Of a stretch of 64,000 nucleotides of DNA, positions 36,959-50,600 are shown piece by piece (the first letter of the stretch is position 1; the number at the start of each line of letters is the position of its first letter). The notes beneath the pieces were generated by a model that saw only the letters and a list, made by a program, of their open reading frames with translations, made no database searches and was not told the DNA's origin. The DNA is taken from the NCBI GenBank assembly GCA_903813345.2, contig CAIIXF020000001.1, positions 11,594,001-11,658,000 on the forward strand. The letters are read 5' to 3'. Position numbers and translations under genes: made by a program. Source of the DNA: Owenia fusiformis (taxonomy: Eukaryota).

Positions 36959-38963
36959 GTTGCCTTAGTAACATTCAGTACAGAGGCTGATATCCAATTT
37001 GGCTTTGAGCAGTATTACACTAAGGAGGGTGTCCTGAGGGGTCTAGACAGAACAGACTACTATGGGGGCAGCACAAACACCGGAGAGGGCTTCCAAGTGT
37101 TGAATGAAGACGTGTTTTATGGAAAGGATCGCAAAAACAGACCTAATATTGTTATACTTATTGTGGATGGAGAATCAAATATCAACCCTGAAGTTACATT
37201 GAGTGAGGTATGAGATTGGAAAGGAGCCCTAAAGCTCATGAGCCACATCTGTATATCATATACACAAGGCAATTTTTGTATTGGTTACAGTTCATCATAT
37301 TATGATGTTACACATGTTTTTAGACCCATTTTGAAATATTTAACTGAACCATTAAATGTATTTAATATTAATATATTGAACATACATGGTGCTCAGCATT
37401 TTCTGATGTCATATATTATTAGCATGTAATGCTTAATCATTGAACTGTATACTGTATATGATATAATTTATCATTTAAAGTAAAGATATGTAAGCTAGGT
37501 ATTTATTCAATGTGTATTTCAGTCGAGAAAGCTGCGTAACTCTGGTGTTAAGATTATAGGTATTGGAGTGAACATGTCAAACAGAACTGAAGAACTGCAG
37601 AAAATAGTCAATGACCCATCATCAGTCTTCTTGGTAAGTATGTTTTACTCTGCTGCTCAGCCCACTTTATGGGTCAGCTGTCAAAAATTCTCTCGAGTGA
37701 CCATGGGATGACGAGACGCTAGCTATCTGTAATCTCAAAATGAAATTTTCATTCAGTTGTGAAAGCTATGACGTGTCGCAAAAAGGTGGCGCATTTGTTT
37801 TTTAAGAGTATCGCGTGAATGTAACTTTGATTCCTGGGATTATAAGATAATATTCTAATTAAAGTTATATATCATTTTAAAGCTTGCTCCTAAACTCTAG
37901 TTTATTAATAAATAGTTGATTTTGTTCACAAAAGTATGTGTTTTCTGTTGTATGTGGAAAAGTGGAGGACGAAAGGTTTTCAAAATTCATTAAAATAGGG
38001 CTAATTTACGCCATTCACCTATTTTCAAGCACAGCAACACGTATATTTATTTCACCTAAAATATCAATTGATTCGTGTTTTATGATGCTCCTAGCCCATT
38101 AACGATATATATATGATATCAGAGTTATTCGTCTAAAATGTTTTGAGATATAGAGGTAAATGTGGAGGACGAAAGGATTTTCATGTGTGTACATTTTTCT
38201 CAAAAACATCACATTCTATCATGTTAAAAGCGAGGATCCTCTGGATTACGCCACAAAATGTGTAACAATGCGTGCGCGAGCTTTTTGCGACACGTCTATG
38301 AATTTGAAATCTTCACCATTTCATTAAAGTGGAGAGTGGGTGTTTGTGTCCAGGTTATTTAGGTCATAATTTGAGTTATTGGGGTCTTTGTTTTCCTGAT
38401 GACTGCTTGTGCTCTTAGATGCCTCTTTTTTCTCTTTGGCATGTGTGCTTATATTACACATTGATGACATTTCCTTGTGAATTATTTGATTTCAGGTGCC
38501 TTCATTTGATCTTTTGGTGAATGAAACCAAGAAGGTGTATGACAGTCTATGTGATATCAAGAATGTCTCGATCAAAATAGGTAAGCTGACAGTTTTTGGA
38601 CATATTTTCCGAAATAGTTCCAAAGGTACATTTGTGTAATTACTGTTGGAATGGTGACAAAATCTTTGAGGTGAAACCATTGTATTTCGGTTCCTCTCTT
38701 GCAAACTTAATTTTGACCAGTCCTCTATGTTTCCTATGGAGATTAAGTTAATATTAATTTTGCATTTGGTTCAGAAAATATTGGGGAAGGCTCTGAAATA
38801 ACTGATACGTACTACATGTATTTTTGTTGTTAGAAATCCCCCCTAAGGCGAATGCTGGCAAGGCCCAATACATCTCATTACCAGGACCTGAGGCTGTTAC
38901 ATTGGATGCTTCTGGCAGTAAGGATGAACAACCAGGCCTGAGATACCAATGGGAGAAACAAAG
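36959..38963 (+). CDS. Fragment of a vWA + PKD-domain gene (exons 36959-37207, 37523-37633, 38496-38580, 38834-38963)
   Basis: VALVTFS...GGSTNTGEG...RPNIVILIVDGESN | ...GVKIIGIGV... | ...SLC... | PPKANAGKAQYISLP...VTLDASGSKD...YQWEK; all junctions GT-AG and in phase. Confidence 0.88.
37770..38296. mobile_element. MITE in intron
   Basis: gacgtgtcgcaaaaag / ctttttgcgacacgtc TIRs. Confidence 0.65.
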
Positions 38964-39597
38964 GTAGGCTTTCCATACATACATACAAGTGCATGGACAC
39001 ATAATGCTAGGCAACTCAAATCACAAAATTGAAATTTTTATGTTGGAACAGGTTTAAGTCATAATAGAATAGTCAACTTTTCCCTATAGAAGATTCANNN
39101 NNNNNNNNNNNNNNNNNNNNNNNNNNNNNNNNNNNNNNNNNNNNNNNNNNNNNNNNNNNNNNNNNNNNNNNNNNNNNNNNNNNNNNNNNNNNNNNNNNNN
39201 NNNNNNNNNNNNNNNNNNNNNNNNNNNNNNNNNNNNNNNNNNNNNNNNNNNNNNNNNNNNNNNNNNNNNNNNNNNNNNNNNNNNNNNNNNNNNNNNNNNN
39301 NNNNNNNNNNNNNNNNNNNNNNNNNNNNNNNNNNNNNNNNNNNNNNNNNNNNNNNNNNNNNNNNNNNNNNNNNNNNNNNNNNNNNNNNNNNNNNNNNNNN
39401 NNNNNNNNNNNNNNNNNNNNNNNNNNNNNNNNNNNNNNNNNNNNNNNNNNNNNNNNNNNNNNNNNNNNNNNNNNNNNNNNNNNNNNNNNNNNNNNNNNNN
39501 NNNNNNNNNNNNNNNNNNNNNNNNNNNNNNNNNNNNNNNNNNNNNNNNNNNNNNNNNNNNNNNNNNNNNNNNNNNNNNNNNNNNNNNNNNNNNNNNN

Positions 39598-39662
39598 GGT
39601 CTCGATCGACTAACTTAGAGCATGGAAGCTAGGCACGTAACCCATGAGGCCAACGCGCTACC
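39598..39662 (-). mobile_element. Possible tRNA-derived SINE head, cut by gap
   Basis: Minus strand ggtagcgcgtTGGCCTCATGGG...GTCGATCGAGACC resembles Pol III A/B boxes. Confidence 0.4.
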
Positions 39663-39739
39663 GATATGAAAGAACAAAAGTATTATATATTTTTACCGAG
39701 CGTCAATTCAAAATGGTCTTCACTTTTGACTCCACTTAA

Positions 39740-40152
39740 GGTCAGGGTGCATGATGGGAAATTTTCTGCATTCCTCAATTGAGTCACATGTTATTTTTCA
39801 AACAAGAATCACTCCTTCCTTTCATTGTCTATATCTTCCAGTTTTGCACAAAGAGTGCACTTATGTACCTAGAAAAGACTTGTGAGAAGAATGTTTTGAT
39901 AAAGTGTATAAAAAACAAGAAAATTCAGTGAAAAAAATCAGAAAATTTTCAGAAATGTTTTCACTGAATTTTCTCATTTTTTATACATTTTACAAAACAA
40001 ACCTTCTCACAAGGCTGTTCTAGGCACAGAAGTGCATTCTTTGTGCAAACTTGGAAGATGTAGACAATGTGAGGAAGGAGTTATTCATGTTTGAAAAATA
40101 ACATGTGACTCAATTGAGGAATGCAGAAAATTTCCCAACATGCACCCTGTCC
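39740..40152. mobile_element. Fully palindromic MITE flanked by TTAA (Kolobok-like)
   Basis: TTAA|GGTCAGGGTGCATG...CATGCACCCTGTCC|TTAA; two about 200-bp arms. Confidence 0.85.
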
Positions 40153-40696
40153 TTAACAGGCGTATAGCCTTTTTATTTTTTCGTGAAGCCACTCAGTAAA
40201 AATACGATTTCTCTGTGCTGATGTCCAATCAAGATCTATCTATGTGTTCCTGACACGTTTGGGCGTCCGGTGTGAAAGAAATTATGGTCCCCTGGGGATT
40301 ATGGTCCCCTTTCTAATCGGCCCTTACTGGCCCTGATTGTGTATAAGATAATAAGGGAAAGAGTAGTATTTAGGTCACCATATAAATCAATGGAAAGTAG
40401 GACCATAATTTGATAGGACCACCTACCCTTTTACACCGGGAATAGCAAGGTCTACACAAAGTTTGCACGCAAAATTGACGTAATTAATGACTGAAATCGG
40501 AAACACAAAATTTGAGATTCACAACAAAATTGCTTGTGAAAACTCTTTACAAAGTGTCCTAGAGACTCTAATCTACTTGGCTAAGGTTTTATTTGAAATT
40601 GCATTGCCTTCTTATGCAGGTAGAGGGGCATACAGAACACGGAAGCAAATGCTATGTTGAAAATTTTCTATATTTCAATTTGAACATGTTATTACA

Positions 40697-43600
40697 TGTT
40701 ATTACATGCTGGATTGTATAAAGGGATGCATCGAATAAATGAATAGATAACACAAAAACTTTTACATTGACATTTCTTGTATTTCTTCAGGAAGTAGATC
40801 TGAGTTCTGCACATGCGCAGATACAATCATGATAGGACTATTGCTCAATACAACTAGAATTGAAACTAGGATAACAATGTTGCTTATCCTCAAGTTACAA
40901 CATTCCCCTTCACTTAGTTTTACATCTCAGTTAAGTTTAAATGAAAACATGAGTGTTTCTCAATGTCTTTAGAATAAAATCAGTAATCTGATTTCCACAT
41001 AATGTAAAACGTAAATATAGCTTAGTGCTAACAAATGTCATTATGTCAGGGTTTCCCTTACATTATTAAATGTTCGAATCAGTGACCAATGTTTGATCAT
41101 TATAGAGAATGTTCCTCTAGTTTATAATAGAATGACATGTATACAGTCTTGGAAACAAAATACACTTTCTTTCCAGTTTATTCACATTGTTTTTCACCAG
41201 TATGTATGCAGTCTGATGAAAGTAGAAAAATCAGTTCATTCCTTTCTCCAGTATGTACATTACAAATTGTTTCCTCAAGTAAATAGATGATCAACACACT
41301 GATCAATCTATGACATATGTGGGGTACTTATGTGATCAACACACTGATCTACATGTACCTATAATATATCACTGCAGGTGTAATTTGGTGATCAACACAC
41401 TGATCCACCATAAAATAGCATCTATATGGTTAATCGGTCAGGGGGTTTTCTGACTCTTGTTGAACGTCTCACATTTGCAGGTTCAGGCACTGGAGATGAT
41501 GGGCTGCCATCCACTGGTGGGGAAGTTACGTGTCCAGAAATGGATCCCTTTTTAGGATTTGATAACCCGAGACCTCCCGGAACACCTGGGAAGGAGCTTG
41601 GTTGTGCTTTTGGCACTGGAACGGAGCTTTTCACAGGTGGGATTACCACTGGTGCGAAACTCGGTTCCGGAACAGACACTGGTGTGAAGCTTGCTTTAGA
41701 TACAGGGATTGGCCCATAATCAACATCAACTGGAATTAAGTTTGGCTGTTGAATTTCCTGAGTTTCCCCATTTTCCCCCTCACTAAATTTCAACCCTATG
41801 AGGTGATCAATGTGGACATACCTGACTTTACCCTGAACTTTGACAAGACAGGTAAGAGGACCACTGATTTTGACAATTTTTCCTCTAATCCACTTTTCAA
41901 CACCCCGTTTGTGATCTCTAACTAGCACTGGTTGATACAATTGCAAACTACGTGCACTGTTTTTTTGGAACTTGCCAAACTTTGATTTGCTTGTTTTGCT
42001 TCCATAGTTTGGGGCAAATTTGGCTTAAGTAGTGACAACCGTGTACGTGGCTCACGTTTTAAGAACAATTCGGCAGGCGTCTTGCCTGTTATAGAATGAG
42101 GAGTGTTCCGATATGCCATTAAAAAGCTTGAAAGCCGGTGTGACATTGAGCGATTTGTTTTGTTGTCTACAACTTGCTTTAACAAAGCTTTTTTCACCGT
42201 CTGAATGGTTCTTTCTGCAGTACCGTTTGAGGAAGGATGGTACGCAGGTACTAATGTTTGTTTTACCCCGTTTTCACGGAGAAAATTTGAAAACTCTTCT
42301 GAAGTATACTGTGGCCCATTATCTGACACATGTTCTTCCGCTAGACCATATGCGGCAAATAATTTGCGCAAAACTTCGATAGTTTTCTCTGATATGATGT
42401 TTGACATTTGAAATGCCTCCACCCATTTTGAGTACACGTCCATTATAAACAAAAACGACGCTTTGTCTTTTTCCGCAAAATTGGTGTGGATGCGTTGCCA
42501 AACGCGAGTTGGATAAGGCCAAGGCATGAGAGGAGCTGATCTGGGAGCATTACGTGTTGTAAGACATGTCTGGCAAGTACTCACAAGTTTTTCAATTGAT
42601 TCATCCATTTTTGGCCACCATACATGACCTCTAGCGAGTGCTTTCATTCGAGAAATACCCGGATGTTCAATATGTAATTCATTGAGAATAGTTTCACGAA
42701 ATGCCGGAGGAACAATAACTCGCAAACCCCATAATACACAACCTTGGTCTACCGCTAATTCATCTTTTTGCAAGAAGTAAGGCCGTAAATTTTCATCTGG
42801 GCAAAAGTTCGGCCAACCACTGAGCGTATACTGATACACTTGATTCAATGTAGTATCTTTCTTGGTTTGTTCCGCAATATCCCGAGCTTTGACAGGAATA
42901 GATTCAATTTCCGAGATTTTGAAAATTGCATTTTCTGTAGACTCATTAGCTGGAATTTCTAATGGAAGGCGCGATAGGTAATCTGCATTGCCATGGTCAC
43001 CAGAACTGCGGAATATCACTTTGTACTTATAGGCAGACAACAAAAGTGCCCAACGCTGTAATCGAGCGGAAACCATCACAGGAATGCCTGTTTTGGGACC
43101 AAATATTTTAGTCAAAGGTTTATGATCCGTGATGATTGTGAATTCTCGGCCATATAAGTACTGATGGAACTTCCTGACGGCATGAACAATTGATAGAGCC
43201 TCTTTTTCAATTTGACTTTAGTTCACTTCACTTGAGGTTAATTTTCGCGAACACGTGCTAATTATTCGTTCTTCACCCTCGACTTTATGTGAGATAATAC
43301 TTCCTATTCCCACCAAAGATGCATCGCACGATAAGTACACTTCCTTTGAGGAGTCGTAATGAATTAACACACTGTCCGATGTACATAAGTTCTTACACTT
43401 GTTGAAAGCGCTCTGACATTGAACAGTCCACTTCAACTCGGCATCTTTCTGGAGAAGGAGGTGAACTGGATGTAAGACTGTAGACAAGTCAACATTTTCT
43501 TTTGTCATGAACTTCGCGTAAAATTGGACTAGACCCAAAAACGCTTGTAAATCTTTGAGATTTTTAGGACGCGGACAGTCGCGAATTGCCTTGAGTTTAT

Positions 43601-45414
43601 CTTCTGTGGGTCTGATTCCGTCACTATCTACAATATGCCCTAAGAAGATTTGAGGAATTCACATTTACTCAGTTTTGCACGAACACCATGTTTTTCAAGT
43701 ACTGAGAGCACCTTTTCTAAGGTTTTCAAGTGAACGGAAACAGAGCCTGACGCAATGCAAATGTCATCGAGAAAAACGCATACGCCAGGTATTCCGCGTA
43801 ACATTGATTCCATTACTCTCTGAAAAATAGATGGCGCTGCTGAAACCCCAAACTGTAAACGCTGCGGTTCAAAAAGACCCTTGTGAGTACTTAGCATCAA
43901 ATAGTGTTTTGACTCTTCATCTAACTGTAATTGCAAATATGCTTGAGCGAGGTCAATTTTGCTATACACTTTGCCACCTGAAAAAGTTGTGAACAAATCT
44001 TGGGCAGTTGGAAGGGGGTATTGCTCTTCATGTAGAGCTTGGTTAATACTGACCTTGTAATCTCCACACATGCGAATACTACCATCGGTCTTTTGAATAT
44101 TAACTAGGGGAGAACCCCATTCCGAATAGTCAACTGGTTTGAGCACACCTTGTTCAGTTAATCTATCGAGTTCTTTTTCAACTACCGATCTCATAGCATA
44201 GGCTAACTTGCGCGGTTTATGAAATATTGGAGTAGCATTTTCTTTGATGCGCAAATGTGCAGTGTAGTTCTTAATTGTACCACCCTTTGTAAATACAGCT
44301 TCATGCCTAGAGAGAACTGACTTGAGTTTTATATTCTCATTTGTCACCCCTTCAGATTCGACAGAATCTACTTTGTCCCTGGGAGAACATTTACCCTTTG
44401 AGGACCCCCCTTGATGAGCAGATAAAATTGAACCCCAATCCAATTTAATTGACTTGAGCCAATTTTTCCCAACCAAAGCAGGATTGTTTCCCTTAACTAC
44501 CAATAGAGGGAGTTTGGTGGACACCTGATTATATAACTGGGGCCTCCACTTGACCCACCGATGGAATGGCACCACCACCATAGGCCTTCACCTTGCGAGA
44601 GCATCGTTGTAAGGGTAGATGTGGAAGATGTTTCCGGTAAAACACCTCTGACACAACGGATACATCAGCACCAGTGTCAATAGCCATCTGTATTGGTTGG
44701 TCATCAATGTGAAGGTTCACGATGAACGAATCGTCCTGGCGACCCTGTGCATTTTGCGTATATAGTAGATATAGATTCAAATCATCTTTATCAGAGTCAA
44801 AGTCCTCATTTACAGCTTTCAAGTTTTTCACAGTCTTGCGAAATGGTTTACGGGCCTTCGATTTCTGTTTACCCTTACCAGATTTTTTCTTGAAACAAGC
44901 CTGTTCAATGTGGCCTGTTTTCAAACAAAAACGACATTTGGAGTCTTTAAAGCGACAAGTGTTGGCTGCATGCGTTCCATCACATCAAAAACATGTTGTA
45001 GATGTGACTGCGTTAATGTCTGTTGAAGTTGCGGGTACATGAAATGTTTTTATGTTCCTCTGTGCCATTTCCATGCCAATAGCGGTGGTATAAGCCGTAT
45101 GAAAAGTCAAACCCCTCTCAGTTAGCAACTTTCGCTGAATTGCCTCACTTTGTAAGCCACAAACGAAGCGGTCCCTCAGATCCTCTTGTAAGAATTCACC
45201 AAATTCACAAGTCTTGGATAAATTCCTCAACACAACTGAAAATTCACTCACCGATTCACTCTTCAGTTGGTCCCTTTTATGAAACTTAAATCGTTCAGCT
45301 ATTATCAGAGGGGTTGGTTCATAGTAATCCTTCAGAATGGTGCTTAGAGCATCCAATTCCTTCACATCTGGATTGACTGGATGGCATAAGTCCGCCAAAA
45401 CGGCATAAGGCTCT
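40697..45414 (-). mobile_element. Decayed Ty3/Gypsy (Mag-like) LTR retrotransposon; 5' end lost in gap
   Basis: gag with CCHC knuckles, protease DTGA, RT FLDD, RNase H CDAS, integrase HPG...C..C / SDNGPQ; several stops and frameshifts; PPT aagtgaaggggaa then TG...CA 3' LTR about 40697-40902. Confidence 0.95.
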
Positions 45415-47642
45415 NNNNNNNNNNNNNNNNNNNNNNNNNNNNNNNNNNNNNNNNNNNNNNNNNNNNNNNNNNNNNNNNNNNNNNNNNNNNNNNNNNNNNN
45501 NNNNNNNNNNNNNNNNNNNNNNNNNNNNNNNNNNNNNNNNNNNNNNNNNNNNNNNNNNNNNNNNNNNNNNNNNNNNNNNNNNNNNNNNNNNNNNNNNNNN
45601 NNNNNNNNNNNNNNNNNNNNNNNNNNNNNNNNNNNNNNNNNNNNNNNNNNNNNNNNNNNNNNNNNNNNNNNNNNNNNNNNNNNNNNNNNNNNNNNNNNNN
45701 NNNNNNNNNNNNNNNNNNNNNNNNNNNNNNNNNNNNNNNNNNNNNNNNNNNNNNNNNNNNNNNNNNNNNNNNNNNNNNNNNNNNNNNNNNNNNNNNNNNN
45801 NNNNNNNNNNNNNNNNNNNNNNNNNNNNNNNNNNNNNNNNNNNNNNNNNNNNNNNNNNNNNNNNNNNNNNNNNNNNNNNNNNNNNNNNNNNNNNNNNNNN
45901 NNNNNNNNNNNNNNTATGCAAAGCAGTAAGTACCAGCAAACATGATAGTTATGACAAGTATGCATAGAAGTAAGTGCCAGTACAGTTATTGCCATTATAC
46001 ATATCAGGAAGAGTCAAAATACATGTCAGTTAGTACCAGTATATGTATACCAGTACAAGTACCAGTACCAGTAAGGACTGATATGCACAGAAGTACAGTA
46101 AGTACCAGTTAACATTATATTTAAAACCAGTATGCATACCACTACAGTGTTTTCATTAGGGTCTGAAAAAAGTCGGTCCCCGAGACCCCACATTATAAAA
46201 ATCTGGGTCCGGATCAGAAAAATTAGTAGTATGACTAAAATGTTAAGTTTCAATTCAGTTTATCATATCTTCCTTCTTGTCGAACTGGGTTGAATGATTC
46301 TAATGTTAGACTATGATTTGGGATATTTGAGGTTTGTTTTCCTTTTGACTTATATACATGTAGGCTAGTACATGTACTACTCTTAGATGGGTTTTTTCAA
46401 ACATTTTCCAGTCTTTATCATTTCTGTACTATGCCATATGAGCTCATATTAATTACAACTTATTGTAGTCATGTGATCAGACCAAACTAAGCAGTAAGTA
46501 CCATTTTAAACATATACCTGTCACTTGTAAACTGGTAAATATACCAGTAAGTACTTAGTAAACTAACAGTAAGTACCATTAAACATATCAGTAAACACCA
46601 GTACACATATCAGTAAGTAATAATATATGAAGGTCAATCAAAGGTCAAAACTGAGGTCAGATTTGAGTTCCTGAGACCTTGTAGATGATTTTAAAAAAAA
46701 GTTTGGTCAATTTAGAAAAAGTTGAAATTTGGTCGTCAAAAATTTCAAAATATGACCTTTTTTCAATTTTTGAGTTTTAATATTTCAAAACTGGTACAAA
46801 ATTTTAATGGATAGTCAATATGTGTAGAAACTTAAGAGGAATATATATCCTGACTTTCATCAAAAAATATTGATTTGTAGTCATCAACTTTGAGAAACTT
46901 AGAAAACACAGTTTGTGATTTAGTGCGATGACCTTGACCTTTGACCTTGCAAATTTGACTTTTTAGACCTCAATAGGTCTAAAAGATTTGAGAAACTTAA
47001 AAAAAACTTTGATTTGACCCAGATTTTGACCTTTGACCTTGACCTAGATAAAAGTTTCTTCCCCACCAAGTTCAGCCAAGGTTCCTGGAAGGTGAGTGTA
47101 GGAGATGGTTGAAGGGTAGTTGGAAGTAGGAGAAAAGGTGTTAGGAAAATAAAGAATAAATAAATAAAGAATAATATCTATAAAATTGGGGCCTCCTAAT
47201 AAAAGAAAGTGCCACAATACATACCAGTAAGTACCATCATATATACACATAACTAAAAGTTAACATATCAGTAAGTACCAGCATACATATAAGTAAACAG
47301 TACACATACCAGTAAATACCAGACGTATTATATCTAATAAAAGAAAGTGCCAATATACATACTAGTAAGTACCAGTAAACATACCAGAGGCAGAAAGTAC
47401 TATCATATACTAGTAGTTTACATATCAGTAAGTACCAGACTACCAGTATACATTTCAGTAAGTGCCATTGAACATATAAGTAATCACCATTACATAAACA
47501 AGTGCCACTACTGATACTAACACATATATATATATACCACAAAATACCATATATACAAGTTTACATATACCACTTTTATAAATGTTATGTGATATCATTT
47601 ATATTCTAAAGTCAACATTTATATTTTCAATATTTACCACAG

Positions 47643-50600
47643 AGACAATAAAACAGGAGAGGCTATAGGATTCCTGCATGATGTTATCAAAGGAGTGTGT
47701 GGCATCTGTGGCAGGAAATGTGACACGGTGTTCGTTGCAGAACACCTTGGCCGCTGCTTTGACCCAGAGAAAACAATGGGTGAAGGTATGTTATTCTATC
47801 ATCTGTCTAAACTTCATATGGTTGCTATAACCAATCATAAAACATTAAAGAGACTCAGTCCCATAGCCAGGATTTGCCAGTGCAAAGGGGGGGGGGGTCA
47901 CTTTTTGAAAAATTTCTGGAGGGGTCCACTTGTGACAATTTTGGTCCAAAAGTGGCCAAAATCACTTAAAATGTGCTCAGAATGGTGAAAAAATGCATGA
48001 TTTTGAAAGATTTTTTGGCCAGGGGGGTTCGCTCGAACCCATCGAACCCCCCTGGCTACAGGCCTGAGACTCTATAACATAGGAAAGCACAATCAAGACC
48101 TCTCGGGACATTTTTGCAGACTGAGTTTCACCACATACTTACCGACGAAGAAGTTCCAAATCCCCTGCTTTCAGTGTTAATTTTGCGATTGTACTGGCTG
48201 ATCTAATCATTTTCAAGGAAATCATTTTCACGGAGTTCTCAAGATATATAGTGGAAACTGTCCTATTTATTGACAGAGTTGGAGATTAAAGAAAAAAGAT
48301 ATTAGCCAAAATGGCTCGAAAATTTCAAAATTATAAGCCGGATTTACTGTAGGCCACAAGCGAAGATGTAGATGGAGCAAGCTACATTTGAGGGGGATCA
48401 GGGGGAGGGGCTATACATCATTTGTAATTATATTTGTTTGCTTGTTCATGTACCTTAGTTCATTTTTTACCTGTAATTAGCCCTCTCAATCTTCAGTTAT
48501 TTTCAGAATGTAAAATTGTATGAATAATCAAGTGGTAAAAACTTCATGTTATTCATTGTATTGATGTCTGTATTGTTAATGTTAATTATTTTTCAATTAT
48601 TCATGTGTGATCTGATTTATTTAATAAATTGGACAATTTTGATGTTAATTACAATAAGATAGCATCCAATGGACTAGATGCATTAGATTCACTTTTTGCT
48701 TTCTGTAAAATTAATAGACTTATAGTCAACACCCTTAAGACAAAGGTACTGATTTTTAACTCTAAATATTCAGATCCTTTCACTTTTAATAATCAAGAAA
48801 TTGAACGTGTAAATAAATATAAATATCTCGGTGTTATTCTTACTGATAACAATAAATTTGATATTAACACTGCTTATCTTAAAGAACAATCACGAAAGGC
48901 AATATTCAAAATCAAACAACAGTATAAGAAATTCAATGATGTACCGCCCGATGTTGCTCTTCACCTTTTTGATTCATTAGTCAGTCCAATACTTTGTTAC
49001 GGGTGTGAGATTTGGTATGATAAGAAACAGATGAAATCTATTGAAACATTGCATTTGTCCTTTTTAAAATCTATTCTAGGAGTCAAAACTCAAACAGCTA
49101 ATCCTGCAGTATATGGCGACCTCGGTAGATTTCCCTTATCTATCAAAATTGAATTATCTTTGATAAAATACTGGTTAAGACTTATAAAACTACCAGAATC
49201 TAATATTTTAAATCAAGCTTATTTATATGGTCAAGAAAAACATGAATGAGGGTTTAAATCATGGTCTGAAAAAGTTTATGATATTCTTCACAAATGTGAA
49301 CTAACAGAGTATTGGGATGACCAAAGTCAAAATACAGACAACTTAGTAAACTTGGTTGACAAGAAACTAAAGAATGCATTTATAAATAATTGGAGAAATG
49401 ATATTTTACAATATCCTATATTAAGAACATATAAGCTATTTAAGAAAGATTTTGAATTAGAACCATATTTGAAACTAGATAATAAAAAAATATAGATTAG
49501 CAATAGGTAGATTTAGGTTAAGTTCACATCGGTTAAAAATAGAATCTGGAAGACACATAAAACCCAAACCTAAACCAGTTAATGAAAGGTTGTGTAATAC
49601 TGTATATGTAAATGTGTGGAGGATGAATTTCATTTTATCATAAATTGTACAAAGCATTCTCAACACAGGCAAATATTTTTCAGTAAAATTCCTGAAATAT
49701 TACCAACATTTGACTTGAATAGTAACGATTTATTTATAAATATAATTTCTAATGATAATATCATCTTCCAACGATATCTTGGTAAATTTATATACCATTC
49801 ATTTAACAATTTAGAATAATCAGCAAAATTTGTGCATCACACTTAAAATATTTTGCCTTTCTTGTATGCTTTCTGTAAAAAATATATCAAATCATGTATA
49901 TTTTTATAAAGATGTAGTTTTAGTAAGTAGTTTAGTAGTAGATAGTAGTTTTAGTGAGTAGTTTATGACTAATGTAATCATGTTATGATACAATATGTCA
50001 ATAAAAGTTATATATATGCAAGTAGAAATAATCTTGATTTATGTCGTTAAATATCGATATATATTTCTAGATGTAGTCGGGGAGATTCCCCATAGACCCC
50101 ATGTTGTGAAATCACAAAAAGTGAAATATTTTTTCTTGTGTTGGACAGATAACATTTTCTTTTACTGAACATATTTTAATTTGTATAACTATCAGATACA
50201 TAAGGGTAATATGAAAAGTGAACCACTAAAAATGATAAATATTCAAGTCTAAGGGAATTTTGTAATACCCTGCCATGTTATTTCCCCCGAATCAGCCACC
50301 CGGTGGCGAAACTGTAACCACCTACTCGCATCTGAGTAATTGATAAGTAGACTTTATACATTCATTTGGATTAATAAGTACTTTTGGTGCAAATGTATGT
50401 CCTATCAACTTTATTCGTCACATTGCCTTCCTTTATCAATAATTTTGTTTTTTCTTCGCAAATGGTGAATGGCAACTGTTATTTGGAACTCTGTATACTG
50501 ATGTATTCCACTTTACAGATTTTACTGTATGTCCTCTAAATAAAATATCAATAATCATAAGAATTAACTGTTTAAGGTCTAGATAATCGGCACTGTGATG

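Noticed and set aside
34404-45995. ORFs containing long X runs
   Set aside because: Artefacts of 500-N gaps; only the gag portion below 45414 is real
46412-46450. TMPYEL as the missing SBP PPY/F motif exon
   Set aside because: No donor at the needed position and absent from copy 1
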